A stretch of 64,000 nt of DNA. It comes from a bacterium. Lineage in GTDB: Bacteria; Verrucomicrobiota; Kiritimatiellia; CAIKKV01; CAITUY01. Every line of letters begins with the position of its first letter. The first letter of the stretch is position 1. Below are positions 1 through 9,025 of this stretch, piece after piece. The notes under the pieces were generated by a model. The model ran no database searches. It was given only the letters and a program-made list of their open reading frames with translations, and was not told the origin of the DNA. A program made the position numbers and the translations under genes. The stretch is from contig JBAXPK010000001.1 in NCBI GenBank assembly GCA_037132275.1, positions 1,369 to 65,368 of the forward strand, in the 5' to 3' direction.

Positions 1-499
1 GAGGTGGTTGTACCCCTTCTTTGTCGCTGGGTACTTGTACGCCAAGCACGCAAAACAGATCCGCCTCTGCCCGCAGCTACCGATCGCAATCCTTTCCATT
101 ACCCTGTGGGCTCTTCTGGTTCCGTTTTTTAGCTGCGGAAACCCGATGCCGATTGAAACGCTATTGACTGGCTGGGGGCTGTCGGGCGGATCCTGGCTGG
201 GCTTACTGCTCAGGTATGTCATTGCAGGGGCAGGCGTAATCGCCCTAACTTCGATGTTCTCTGTATGGGTACGCTGGTCGCCGATAGCGATTCCGCTATG
301 GTTAACGTTTGTTGGTGCAGCCAGTATGGATATTTATGTAAGCCACCAGTTATTCACGTCTCAACCCGAAGGGCTCGTGGGGCCCCAGTTCGTACCCATC
401 GCCTTTGTCATCGGGTTGACTGGATCGCTCTGCCTATCGTTCTTTGTGCTCCGGCGCGTAACCTGGCTACGATGCATCTTCCTGGGCATGTGGAAATGA
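1..499 (+). CDS. Acyltransferase family 3 (OatA-like) membrane protein, C-terminal fragment; the N-terminus lies upstream of the window
   Basis: ORF 8..499. Multi-TM hydrophobic protein with an ...MDIYVSHQ... motif typical of acyltransferase-3 C-termini. The first Met is probably internal. Confidence 0.4.
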   Translation, partial: RWLYPFFVAGYLYAKHAKQIRLCPQLPIAILSITLWALLVPFFSCGNPMPIETLLTGWGLSGGSWLGLLLRYVIAGAGVIALTSMFSVWVRWSPIAIPLWLTFVGAASMDIYVSHQLFTSQPEGLVGPQFVPIAFVIGLTGSLCLSFFVLRRVTWLRCIFLGMWK

Positions 500-565
500 A
501 TGCTTTTCGGGTCATAACGACCCCTCTCTGCCGAACCGCCAGCAGCGCACCCTGTGTTCGTCCCG

Positions 566-2254
566 TTACAAAGAATGGCCCCCGACCCTATCCCGAATTT
601 CCAGAAGGGCCTTCATTACGTGCTGCGGATTCTCACCCTGAGTTTTGGTCCCGAGCGTATCGTGCATGCATTTGTACAAGCCATACAGCCGCTCATAGAC
701 AGCCGCACGCCGCCGGTCGGGACGGAACCGTTTAGGCAACATCCCGGTCATGGCTTTTGAGGCCTGACCAAAGGAGGCATGCCCCCCTGCCCGGGCCCCT
801 GCCACCACCGCGCCGGCCATGGCGGCTCCCAGCGCACAGGTCTGCGTGCTCGATGAAATTTCGATGGGGCGGTTGAGCACATCCGCGTAAATCTGCATGA
901 TCATGGGACTTTTTTGCGAAATGCCGCCACACATGATCACCCGGTTTATCTCCACATCATAGGCCTCGAAGCGTTCCACAATGACCCGTGCGCCAAACGC
1001 CGTGGCCTCGACCAAAGCCCGGTAAATTTCAGCGGGTGTGGAATGCAGCGTGAGCCCCATAATCATCCCCGTCAGGCGTTGATCCACCAGGACCGTCCGA
1101 TTGCCATTATGCCAATCCAGCGCCAGCAGCCCGCTTTGGCCGGGTGCCAGCATCTCCGCCTTCCGCGTCAATTCAACATGAGTGGCACCATTCCCCGGTT
1201 GAAGGACCGTAACGAACCAGTTAAAGATATCGCCCACTGCCGACTGCCCCGCCTCCAACCCGTAATAACCCGGCAAAACCGATTCAGGAACAATCCCGCA
1301 CAAACCCGGGATATCCTTGAGTTTACGTTTCATCGGTGCCACGGCAATATCACAGGACGACGTACCGATAATATTCACCAATGCACCCGGCATGATTCCC
1401 GCACCAATCGCACCCAAATGGGCATCAAACGCTCCCACAGCAATGGGAATGCCCGTCGGCAAGCCCAGGCGATCGGCCCATTCGTCCGCCAACCCTCCAA
1501 CGGAATCACCGACATGATAGGCCCGACCGGGTAATGTGGTCCGGACACGCGCCAGCCCCGGATCCAACCGCTTCAGGAACGCAACGTCGGGATAGCCGCC
1601 CCATGCGGGATTAAACATCGCCTTATGCCCGGCGGCACAAATGCCTCTCTTGAGAATACGGGGATCAGTCGTGGCCGAAAGCACCGCCGGGATCCAATCC
1701 GACAGTTCCACCCAGGTGTACGCCGCATCAAAAACTGCCGGCGCCGTCCGCCGGCAATGCAGCAGTTTCGACCAGAACCACTCGGACGAATAAACGCCCC
1801 CGCATTTCGCAAGATATTCGGGTTTGGTTGTCTTCGCCAAGGCTGTGATTTCAGCCGCCTCGCCATGACTCGTGTGATCCTTCCACAACCACGCCATGGC
1901 GGCGGGATTCCTCGCAAAACGTTTCGTCAAGGCCAACGGAATCCCGCTGGCATCCACGGGCATGGGAGTGCTCCCGGTGGTATCCACGCCTACCCCAATA
2001 ACATTCTTAGACGAAAAGCCACGTGTTTGGGCCGCCTGTTTCAGCGCGCCTCGCACGGAGGCCTCCAAACCATCCAGATAATCCTGCGGATGCTGGCGAG
2101 CCAGATTAGGGTTCCGGCTATCCAGCACAATGCCCTGCCGGCCATGCCGATAGTCCCACACACAAGCGCCCACTTCCTCGCCCGTGAGTACATTCACCAC
2201 TAAAGCGCGTACCGAATTGGTCCCGTAATCCACACCGATTGAATACTTATCCAT
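566..2254 (-). CDS. araB: Ribulokinase (FGGY carbohydrate kinase family)
   Basis: 562 aa. N-terminus IGVDYGTNSVRALVV..TGEE and overall length match AraB. AAGGAG Shine-Dalgarno site just upstream of the ATG at 2254. Confidence 0.8.
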   Translation of the reverse strand: MDKYSIGVDYGTNSVRALVVNVLTGEEVGACVWDYRHGRQGIVLDSRNPNLARQHPQDYLDGLEASVRGALKQAAQTRGFSSKNVIGVGVDTTGSTPMPVDASGIPLALTKRFARNPAAMAWLWKDHTSHGEAAEITALAKTTKPEYLAKCGGVYSSEWFWSKLLHCRRTAPAVFDAAYTWVELSDWIPAVLSATTDPRILKRGICAAGHKAMFNPAWGGYPDVAFLKRLDPGLARVRTTLPGRAYHVGDSVGGLADEWADRLGLPTGIPIAVGAFDAHLGAIGAGIMPGALVNIIGTSSCDIAVAPMKRKLKDIPGLCGIVPESVLPGYYGLEAGQSAVGDIFNWFVTVLQPGNGATHVELTRKAEMLAPGQSGLLALDWHNGNRTVLVDQRLTGMIMGLTLHSTPAEIYRALVEATAFGARVIVERFEAYDVEINRVIMCGGISQKSPMIMQIYADVLNRPIEISSSTQTCALGAAMAGAVVAGARAGGHASFGQASKAMTGMLPKRFRPDRRRAAVYERLYGLYKCMHDTLGTKTQGENPQHVMKALLEIRDRVGGHSL

Positions 2255-2314
2255 TGATAACTCCTTTTCTCCTATATCGTGATAATTACGTCGCTGGCTC
2301 GACCCTGTCGAGCC

Positions 2315-3493
2315 CTAATTAGCATGCCACCCCAAGAGCGCCAGCATCGCCGCAAAGCCCAACACATAACTGGCCGTAACGTGCCAACCGTCCCTCACCC
2401 AACTCCAGGACGATCTGCCTTGGGGGAACAGATTGGTCAGCGCCACACCGGCCGACGACCCGAACCAGAGCATCGACCCGCCATAGCCGACCGCATAGGC
2501 GACAAAACCCCAGTCGTATCCGCCTTGGTCGAGCATCAGTTTTGTGAGAGGAATGTTGTCAAACACCGCCGAGATGAATCCCAGAATGAAAACGCCCGGC
2601 ACGCCCGCCTGAGGCAGGGATTTGACCGGCATGAGCGCCGCGCACCACACCAACGCCACCAGAAACAGACTTCCCTTGAGCGACCGACGTAACTCATGCC
2701 AGTGGGTCTTGCGAAACAGGGCGCCCACGAGAATCGCCAACCAGACGCCCATGGCGGGGACTCCGAACACCCGGTTGGTGAGGATCGCCCCGGCGAGAAT
2801 TCCCGCCACGATCAGCAGTCTGCCCTTATCAACGCACTGACCCTCATCGCCGCGCCGTATCGGGTGATGACGATTCTGCTGACGGGCGGCCACCAGCGCA
2901 CAGGCAAGAAAGGCCACCCCGGCGCCGACATAGGCGTGAACGACATCACCGGGGGAAACCCCGCCGATCCACATCATGGTGGTGGTCGTATCCCCCAGAA
3001 CGCTGCCGGCGCCGCCCGCATTACTGGCGGCCACGATGGCAGCCAGAAAGCCAACATGGACATGCCCGCGAAATACCACCATGGCGACGGTGCCGCCAAT
3101 CATGGCCGCCGCAATATTGTCCAAAAACGAAGAGATGACGAAGACGAAGGTCAGCAGCGCCAGTCCGCCCAACCACCCTGCCGGAAGCCACCGGGACAGT
3201 GCGGCCGGCACATGCGATTCCGCAAAATGCCGGGCTAACAGCGCAAACCCCATGAGGAGACCAAACAAATTGAGCAGCATCGGCCATTCCGCCTGCAACT
3301 GCGCCACCGGGTTGAAGGGCGTGATGAGCCATCGATAACCCGTGATGATCACCGCGCCCGCAACGGCCACCTCAAACGTCCTTCGATGAAATACCGCCAC
3401 ACCGATTAACACCAGCGCAAACAGGACAAACTCCATCGGGATGCCTTCAATCATAAAATTTGTACTCAACAAATTACAAACTGCAGACATCAA
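2315..3493 (-). CDS. Ion transporter superfamily permease (CitMHS/ArsB/NhaD-like)
   Basis: 392 aa polytopic membrane protein. Motifs FLDNIAAAMIGG and DNIPLT..L resemble the citrate/arsenite/NhaD transporter fold. Overlaps the upstream gene by 4 nt. Confidence 0.6.
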   Translation of the reverse strand: MMSAVCNLLSTNFMIEGIPMEFVLFALVLIGVAVFHRRTFEVAVAGAVIITGYRWLITPFNPVAQLQAEWPMLLNLFGLLMGFALLARHFAESHVPAALSRWLPAGWLGGLALLTFVFVISSFLDNIAAAMIGGTVAMVVFRGHVHVGFLAAIVAASNAGGAGSVLGDTTTTMMWIGGVSPGDVVHAYVGAGVAFLACALVAARQQNRHHPIRRGDEGQCVDKGRLLIVAGILAGAILTNRVFGVPAMGVWLAILVGALFRKTHWHELRRSLKGSLFLVALVWCAALMPVKSLPQAGVPGVFILGFISAVFDNIPLTKLMLDQGGYDWGFVAYAVGYGGSMLWFGSSAGVALTNLFPQGRSSWSWVRDGWHVTASYVLGFAAMLALLGWHAN

Positions 3494-5613
3494 AAGGTGC
3501 GGCTGAGGGAGAGTCCCATGGTGCGGGGGGATCCATTCTCGCCCACATAGCCTGACGGAGCCAACGCATACGGGAAGGCAATCGGCACGATGTCCTGGTC
3601 AAAGAGATTATTGACCCACGTCTCCACACGCCAGAGGCGGGTTCCCACACCTATGCGCGCATTGATCAGCGTATAACTGTCCTGGGATTCGACGTTACTG
3701 GCATCATAATAATAACGCCCTGTCCCCACGCCTTCCAACCGGATAAAGCCGATGTAGTGAGCGGTGAGGGTCTGCGAATAGTCCGCACCGGCATTCCAAG
3801 TCATGTGGGGCGCAAACGGGAGTTCGTTTCCACTGACATCCATTCCTCCGGACATGCTGTCCGCCCGGAATTCCGACGTCAGTAAGCCCACCCCGCCAAA
3901 CAGCGTCAACCCGGCCAGCGGCTGGACGCTCAATTCCAATTCCCCGCCCTCACTCCGGGCTTTGCCGGCATTGTCAATATAGAACACCCCCGGCGCGCCA
4001 GCCGGAACATCCAATTGCAGGTCGTCCCACTCCGTCCGGAACAGAACGGCATTCGCCACCACGCGATGCTTCATCCACGCCGTTTTAAGACCGGTTTCAT
4101 AGGTTAAACTCGTTTCCTCATTGTAATCGGCATGACCGGGTATGGCCAGGGCATTGAATCCCCCGGCCTTATACCCTTTGGAGACCTGAACATAAGGCAG
4201 AACTTCAGACGTAAGACGATAGCCAAGCGAAGCGCGCGGGCTGAACTGATTATAATCCTGTTCGGCGTCAGCCCCTGCCCCCGGCATGAATGCCGGGTTG
4301 GCGTATTGCCGCAGGTCAGCCGAACGGTGCTCGTAGTCATCGCGGAGGCTAAGCCCCAACTCAAGGCGCTCATCGACCGTCAGAACGCCTTGGCCATAGA
4401 GGCTTACCCCGGTATCATTCAGATCGGCGTCGTCGTGCTGTTGATAGGCCAATGGAAGCCCGAGCATGGCCACCGCACCGGGCCGGTAGTCATTGAAAGC
4501 GCGCTGCTGATAAGCGGAATGATAAGCCATCGTGCCCAGCAGCCAGCGCAAGGCAAGCCCGTCCCCCAGCTTGACCGGGGCCGCATCGGCTGACGCCAGT
4601 CGCACGTCCTGAATCCACGCCTGCTGATTTTCCTCGTTGTCACGGCGGATGAGATCCGCGGGGGTGGCATCGAGATCAGTCCGGTCATGGGAACGCCACC
4701 ATTGAAAAGCGGTAATGGAGGTGAGGTCCACCTCCCCACCCTGTCGCGTGGCGGTGAACACCGGCTGGGAAAGATCACGCTCGGAACGGCCCTCATAATC
4801 ATGGGCGACGTGGTAAGGACGGGCCCGAAGGGAGGCCAGGTCGCCAAGCGCATAATCGCCGTCGCGATCCGCTTCACCCGTGACGCTCAAGCGATAGCTC
4901 CACGCCCCCTCTTCCGGCCACAACACCTGGGCACGACCAAAAAACGACTCACGACTATCGAGCCGGTTTCCGGTGATGTCATTCTTCGTAAACCCGTCAC
5001 GCGTGGAATACCCCGCACTGAGACTGCCGGCCGTGTTAACCGGGCCAACAGGCCCCTCGGTCGACACACGGGCATCCAACAGCGCATGATCACCGCCCGC
5101 AAGACTGACCGATGTCAGAGGCTCGCGGGTAGGCAGATGCGGCACAATATTAATCGCTCCGCCGAGGGTATTCCGTCCGTAGAGGGAGCCCTGCGGACCG
5201 CGCAGGAATTCAATCCTCTCCACGTCGAGACATTCCTGGTTGGCTGTGGCATAAGAGAGTTGGGGCACGCCGTCAAGAATCGTGGTCACAGCCGCTGAGT
5301 TCCGGCCCGATCCGATTCCCCGCAGATAGGGAAACGTCAGGCGGCGAACGGTAAAATCGCCAAGGGTCAGATTGGGAACATAACGGGCAGCATCACGCAA
5401 ATCTTTTACCCCTGCAGACTTTATGCCCTCAGCAGACTGAATGGTCACAGCGCCCGGCACAGACTGGAGAGGCTCGACCCATTTACGCGCCGTTACAACG
5501 ACGGTTTGAACCTCCGATGTCTGCGCACCGGCGCCTGGAATAGCCCCTGACAATAAGCCTGCCGCCATCAAAACAAGCCCAGAATTCCTCGGAATATTCT
5601 TTTTGAATTTCAT
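3490..5613 (-). CDS. TonB-dependent outer-membrane receptor
   Basis: Signal peptide MKFKKN...GAGAQT, TonB box QTVVVTA, plug and beta-barrel regions, C-terminal ...SLSRTF ending in aromatic F. Start moved to the internal Met that begins the signal peptide. Confidence 0.85.
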   Translation of the reverse strand: MKFKKNIPRNSGLVLMAAGLLSGAIPGAGAQTSEVQTVVVTARKWVEPLQSVPGAVTIQSAEGIKSAGVKDLRDAARYVPNLTLGDFTVRRLTFPYLRGIGSGRNSAAVTTILDGVPQLSYATANQECLDVERIEFLRGPQGSLYGRNTLGGAINIVPHLPTREPLTSVSLAGGDHALLDARVSTEGPVGPVNTAGSLSAGYSTRDGFTKNDITGNRLDSRESFFGRAQVLWPEEGAWSYRLSVTGEADRDGDYALGDLASLRARPYHVAHDYEGRSERDLSQPVFTATRQGGEVDLTSITAFQWWRSHDRTDLDATPADLIRRDNEENQQAWIQDVRLASADAAPVKLGDGLALRWLLGTMAYHSAYQQRAFNDYRPGAVAMLGLPLAYQQHDDADLNDTGVSLYGQGVLTVDERLELGLSLRDDYEHRSADLRQYANPAFMPGAGADAEQDYNQFSPRASLGYRLTSEVLPYVQVSKGYKAGGFNALAIPGHADYNEETSLTYETGLKTAWMKHRVVANAVLFRTEWDDLQLDVPAGAPGVFYIDNAGKARSEGGELELSVQPLAGLTLFGGVGLLTSEFRADSMSGGMDVSGNELPFAPHMTWNAGADYSQTLTAHYIGFIRLEGVGTGRYYYDASNVESQDSYTLINARIGVGTRLWRVETWVNNLFDQDIVPIAFPYALAPSGYVGENGSPRTMGLSLSRTF

Positions 5614-5794
5614 GGGGGCAATCACTTAGTCTAATAGTGCTTCAAAATCAAACCGAAATAAAGGATAGTGCGTGGAAAGGGCGCCTCTGCGATCAGGTGC
5701 GACTGCGGCATTGTCGCGGCTCTATCCAGGCAGTCGGTGGAAACACGTATACAGCAATGAGAAGCCAGAACCTGCAAGAGAAACGAGAAGAAAT

Positions 5795-7021
5795 ATGAAA
5801 ACTCAGAAAATAATGCCTGCAAGCATCGTCGGAATATCATTAAGCCTCTTCGTATTAGCAAACCAAGGCCTGGCTGCAGTTCAAAAGGATTGGCCGCAGT
5901 TTCGAGGTTCTAATCAGGATGGAATCTCAACAGACACCCCATGGAATCCTCAAGCCCTGACCGGCGGGGGTAAACTTGCCTGGAAGACTAATGTCGGTGC
6001 CGGATATGCCGGCGTGGCGATATCGGGCAACAAGGTCTTCACCATGGGAAATAAAGATAACAAGGACACCGTATTTGCCTTGAACCTTAAAGATGGTGCT
6101 CCACTCTGGCAGTATTCCTACCCCTGCTCCGGGGGTGGCTATCCGGGGCCACGGGCCACACCCGCCACCGACGGAAAACTGGTTTATACACTAGGCCGGG
6201 AAGGACAGTTATTCTGCCTGAATGCCGACACGGGGGCGGTTCAATGGCAGAAGAACCTGATCGCAGTGTATAAAGCCGGCAATCCCAAGTGGGGCCTATC
6301 CGCGTCCCCGGTAATCAAGGGTGACAAACTCCTGTTGAACGCCTGTGAATATGGGATCGTCTTGAACCGGATGACCGGCGAGACGATCTGGGCGAGCCCA
6401 GCCGGGATCGGCGGTTACGCGGCGCCTGTTGTATACACCGTCGGGACCACGGAATGCCTGGCGGTCTTCGGCGAGAAAGCCCTGTACGGCGTAGAACTCA
6501 ATACAGGAAAGAAATTATGGTCCAGCGCCTGGAGCACAAGCTATGACGTCAATGCGGCCGACCCCATCCCCCATGATGGGAAAATTTTCATTTCTTCAGG
6601 GTATGACAAGGGCGCCACGGTGCTCGACATCACCGGCGCCGAACCCAAAATTATCTGGAACAGCAAGATTATGAGGAATCACTTCAGCAGTTGCGTCCTG
6701 ATCAATGGGCATCTATACGGCATTGACGGGAATGCGGGGAATGGATCGCTGAAGTGTATTGATTTTGCCACCGGGGTCGAAAAATGGGCTCATAATCTGG
6801 GGTTTGGCTCGCTCACAGCGGATGGGGATCGACTGGTTGTTCTCAACGAAAAAGGGGAGTTATTTGTTGCTAAAGCATCACCCACCTCGTTTGAGCTGGT
6901 TGCGTCAGCCGGAAAAATTCTGGAGAAAACCTGCTGGACAGTGCCGGTTCTGTGTCGCGGCATGATTTTCTGCCGGAATGACAAAGGGGATCTTGTGGTT
7001 CTGGATGTGAGCAAATCATGA
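5795..7021 (+). CDS. Secreted PQQ-like beta-propeller repeat protein (BamB/PQQ-enzyme-repeat family)
   Basis: Signal peptide MKTQKIMPASIVGISLSLFVLANQGLAA followed by DWPQFRGSNQDG and repeated GxxV(Y/F)..(D/N)G propeller blades. ORF-track start 5672 rejected in favour of the ATG at 5795. Locally lower GC. Confidence 0.6.
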   Translation: MKTQKIMPASIVGISLSLFVLANQGLAAVQKDWPQFRGSNQDGISTDTPWNPQALTGGGKLAWKTNVGAGYAGVAISGNKVFTMGNKDNKDTVFALNLKDGAPLWQYSYPCSGGGYPGPRATPATDGKLVYTLGREGQLFCLNADTGAVQWQKNLIAVYKAGNPKWGLSASPVIKGDKLLLNACEYGIVLNRMTGETIWASPAGIGGYAAPVVYTVGTTECLAVFGEKALYGVELNTGKKLWSSAWSTSYDVNAADPIPHDGKIFISSGYDKGATVLDITGAEPKIIWNSKIMRNHFSSCVLINGHLYGIDGNAGNGSLKCIDFATGVEKWAHNLGFGSLTADGDRLVVLNEKGELFVAKASPTSFELVASAGKILEKTCWTVPVLCRGMIFCRNDKGDLVVLDVSKS

Positions 7022-7986
7022 AGGCAGGCGCATTACTTGTATTGACAGTCGTCCTGGTAATACTTGGAGTTATTTTCTGGCATACTAAACCATGCCAGAA
7101 TTGCAAGTTATCCACAAAAGACTGCCAGTATGATCTCACCGCCATCAAAAAAACCGATTCCAATCTACTGCTCCGTGCCCACGTTCAATGGATCAAGCCG
7201 TCCCTGTCAAATTTGACCGCGCTGGCCGTGGATCGCTCCAACCGGATTATTGCCGGAGCCATGGCCGGAATTGAAGTCCTTGATGAAAATGGGGTTCATC
7301 TGGCGGGCAGTGCGGTCACCGAACCCGTGCGCTGCCTGGCGGTGACAGCGCAGGGGGATATTCTGGTCGGGCTGAACGATCATGTTGAGGTCTTTGGTCA
7401 GGATGGAATCCGGAAAGCGGTCTGGAAAAGTCCCGACCCGAAAACCATGATGACCTCCCTCGCCGTCTCGTCCCATTATGTGTTCATAGCCGACTGCGCC
7501 AACCGGATTGTCTGGCGCTTTACTCTGACGGGCGAACCGGCGGGCCGAGTAGGGCAAAAGGATCTTGACCAACGCAAGGAGGGGTTTGTGGTTCCCAGCG
7601 CGTTCTTTGATGTAGCGGTGGCGGCGGATGAATCTCTCTGGGTAGCCAACCCCGGCATGCACCGGTTGGAACATTTCACCGCAGAGGGAAAGTTTCTCGA
7701 CATGTGGGGAACTTATTCCATGGACGCCACGGGCTTTTGCGGGTGCTGTAACCCATCTAATCTGGCAATCACGCCCAACGGTGAATTCATCACCAGTGAG
7801 AAACATATTGTCAGGGTTAAGCACTACGATGCCCAGGGACACTTGAAAGGCGTCATTTCGGGTCAGGAAGATTGGCCTGACAAAGCCGTAGGCTTGGACC
7901 TTGCCGTAGACACCATGGGAAGAATTCTGGTGCTCGATCCATCGGCCGACGTGATCAGGATATATACGCAGGTCAACAACAGATAA
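7018..7986 (+). CDS. Membrane-anchored NHL-repeat beta-propeller protein
   Basis: N-terminal TM anchor, Cys-rich stretch CQNCKLSTKDCQ, NHL-like blades (FIADCANRIVWRF, WVANPGMHRLEHF) and a GFCGCCNP motif. ATGA overlap with the upstream gene. Confidence 0.5.
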   Translation: MKAGALLVLTVVLVILGVIFWHTKPCQNCKLSTKDCQYDLTAIKKTDSNLLLRAHVQWIKPSLSNLTALAVDRSNRIIAGAMAGIEVLDENGVHLAGSAVTEPVRCLAVTAQGDILVGLNDHVEVFGQDGIRKAVWKSPDPKTMMTSLAVSSHYVFIADCANRIVWRFTLTGEPAGRVGQKDLDQRKEGFVVPSAFFDVAVAADESLWVANPGMHRLEHFTAEGKFLDMWGTYSMDATGFCGCCNPSNLAITPNGEFITSEKHIVRVKHYDAQGHLKGVISGQEDWPDKAVGLDLAVDTMGRILVLDPSADVIRIYTQVNNR

Positions 7987-8192
7987 ACACTCACAGCCCC
8001 TTGCACTCGCCCAGGATTTTGTTGACCGCCCCTCTGAAAATTAAGCGCTTATGCGATCCAGTTCAAGCGACTGTCCGGGTAGAGCTCCGACTATGACGCG
8101 GTTCCTTTCTGCCTCCCGCCCTCGGCGCCGGGCCGCAGTCCCGGCGCTACGCGGTTGCATACGCCCGAAGATTTAGAGCGAGAAGTGAAAAC

Positions 8193-8221
8193 TTGTGCTT
8201 TTTCGCCATCTGACCTATTAT
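8193..8221 (+). promoter_or_regulatory. Sigma70-like promoter of the riboswitch-cbi operon
   Basis: TTGTGC (8193-8198), 17-nt spacer, TATTAT (8216-8221), immediately upstream of the riboswitch. Confidence 0.4.
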
Positions 8222-8231
8222 TTCAAACATA

Positions 8232-8440
8232 GTTGAAATGCGGTTGTCGGGAAGACGGTGTGAATCCGTCGTGGTCCCGCCGCTGTAACCGGGGACAAAC
8301 ATCGTTCAGGCCACTGTCGAAAGATGGGAAGGCGCGATTAGTAGGATGATCCGGAAACCAGAATACCGACCCGCATATTGAGTCATCAGTTGGCCCTCGT
8401 GGAGTGGGGTTGGGGTATGATCACTCGTTTTGGGGATGAA
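8232..8440 (+). promoter_or_regulatory. Cobalamin (AdoCbl) riboswitch
   Basis: Conserved elements GGTGTGAATCC, CCCGCCGCTGTAACC, GCCACTG (8310-8316) and GGGAAGGC (8326-8333) in the canonical order. Located in the 5' leader of the cobO-cbi operon. Confidence 0.8.
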
Positions 8441-8445
8441 ATATC

Positions 8446-8490
8446 GGCATCCCGCAGCCCATAAGGGCGGCGGGATGCCTTTTTGTTTTT
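8446..8490 (+). terminator. Riboswitch expression-platform intrinsic terminator
   Basis: 10-bp stem GGCATCCCGC/GCGGGATGCC with an inner GCCC/GGGC stem, followed by TTTTTGTTTTT. It ends 6 nt before the cobO ATG. Confidence 0.6.
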
Positions 8491-8496
8491 CTGAAG

Positions 8497-9024
8497 ATGA
8501 AAAAAAAAGCACGAATCCTTTTATTTACCGGCGATGGCAAAGGCAAAACGACAGCCGCCCTGGGTATCGTCCTGCGTGCCGTCGGCCATCGCATGCCCAC
8601 CTATGTCCTCCAGTTCATCAAGCACGATGCCTCCACCGGCGAACTCGCGGCGCTAAGCCTTTTGCCATATGTCACGCTGCGCCAAATGGGACGGGGATTC
8701 GTTCCGCCCGCCACACATCCCGCCTTCCCCGCCCACCGGCGCGCCGCCGAGGCCGCGCTCCAGAAGGCACAGGCGGTCGTAAAATCACGCCGCTACAAAG
8801 TCGTTATCCTGGATGAGATCTGCAACGCGCTCGCTAAAAAGTTGATCACGCAAAAGGCGGTCGTGGCCATGCTCAAAGGCTCTCCCGCCGATAAGATCAT
8901 TGTGCTGACGGGCCGTGGCGCCCAACAATCCCTGATCAAGTTGGCGGATACGGTGACCGAAATGATATGCCTCAAGCACGGGTTCGAAACTGGGCGGCCT
9001 GCCGAAAAAGGGGTGGAGTGTTAA
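8497..9024 (+). CDS. cobO: Cob(I)yrinic acid a,c-diamide adenosyltransferase
   Basis: 175 aa. P-loop GDGKGKTTAALG and overall similarity to CobA/CobO/BtuR. Confidence 0.85.
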   Translation: MKKKARILLFTGDGKGKTTAALGIVLRAVGHRMPTYVLQFIKHDASTGELAALSLLPYVTLRQMGRGFVPPATHPAFPAHRRAAEAALQKAQAVVKSRRYKVVILDEICNALAKKLITQKAVVAMLKGSPADKIIVLTGRGAQQSLIKLADTVTEMICLKHGFETGRPAEKGVEC

Positions 9025-9025
9025 C

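Noticed and set aside
2296-2314. Hairpin GGCTCGAC-cct-GTCGAGCC between the transporter stop and araB
   Set aside because: No U-tract follows on the transcribed (minus) strand. It is probably just an intercistronic stem rather than an intrinsic terminator.
5672-5794. N-terminal extension of the PQQ-propeller ORF (start at 5672)
   Set aside because: The extension lacks a signal peptide. The internal ATG at 5795 begins a canonical signal peptide, so the shorter start was adopted.
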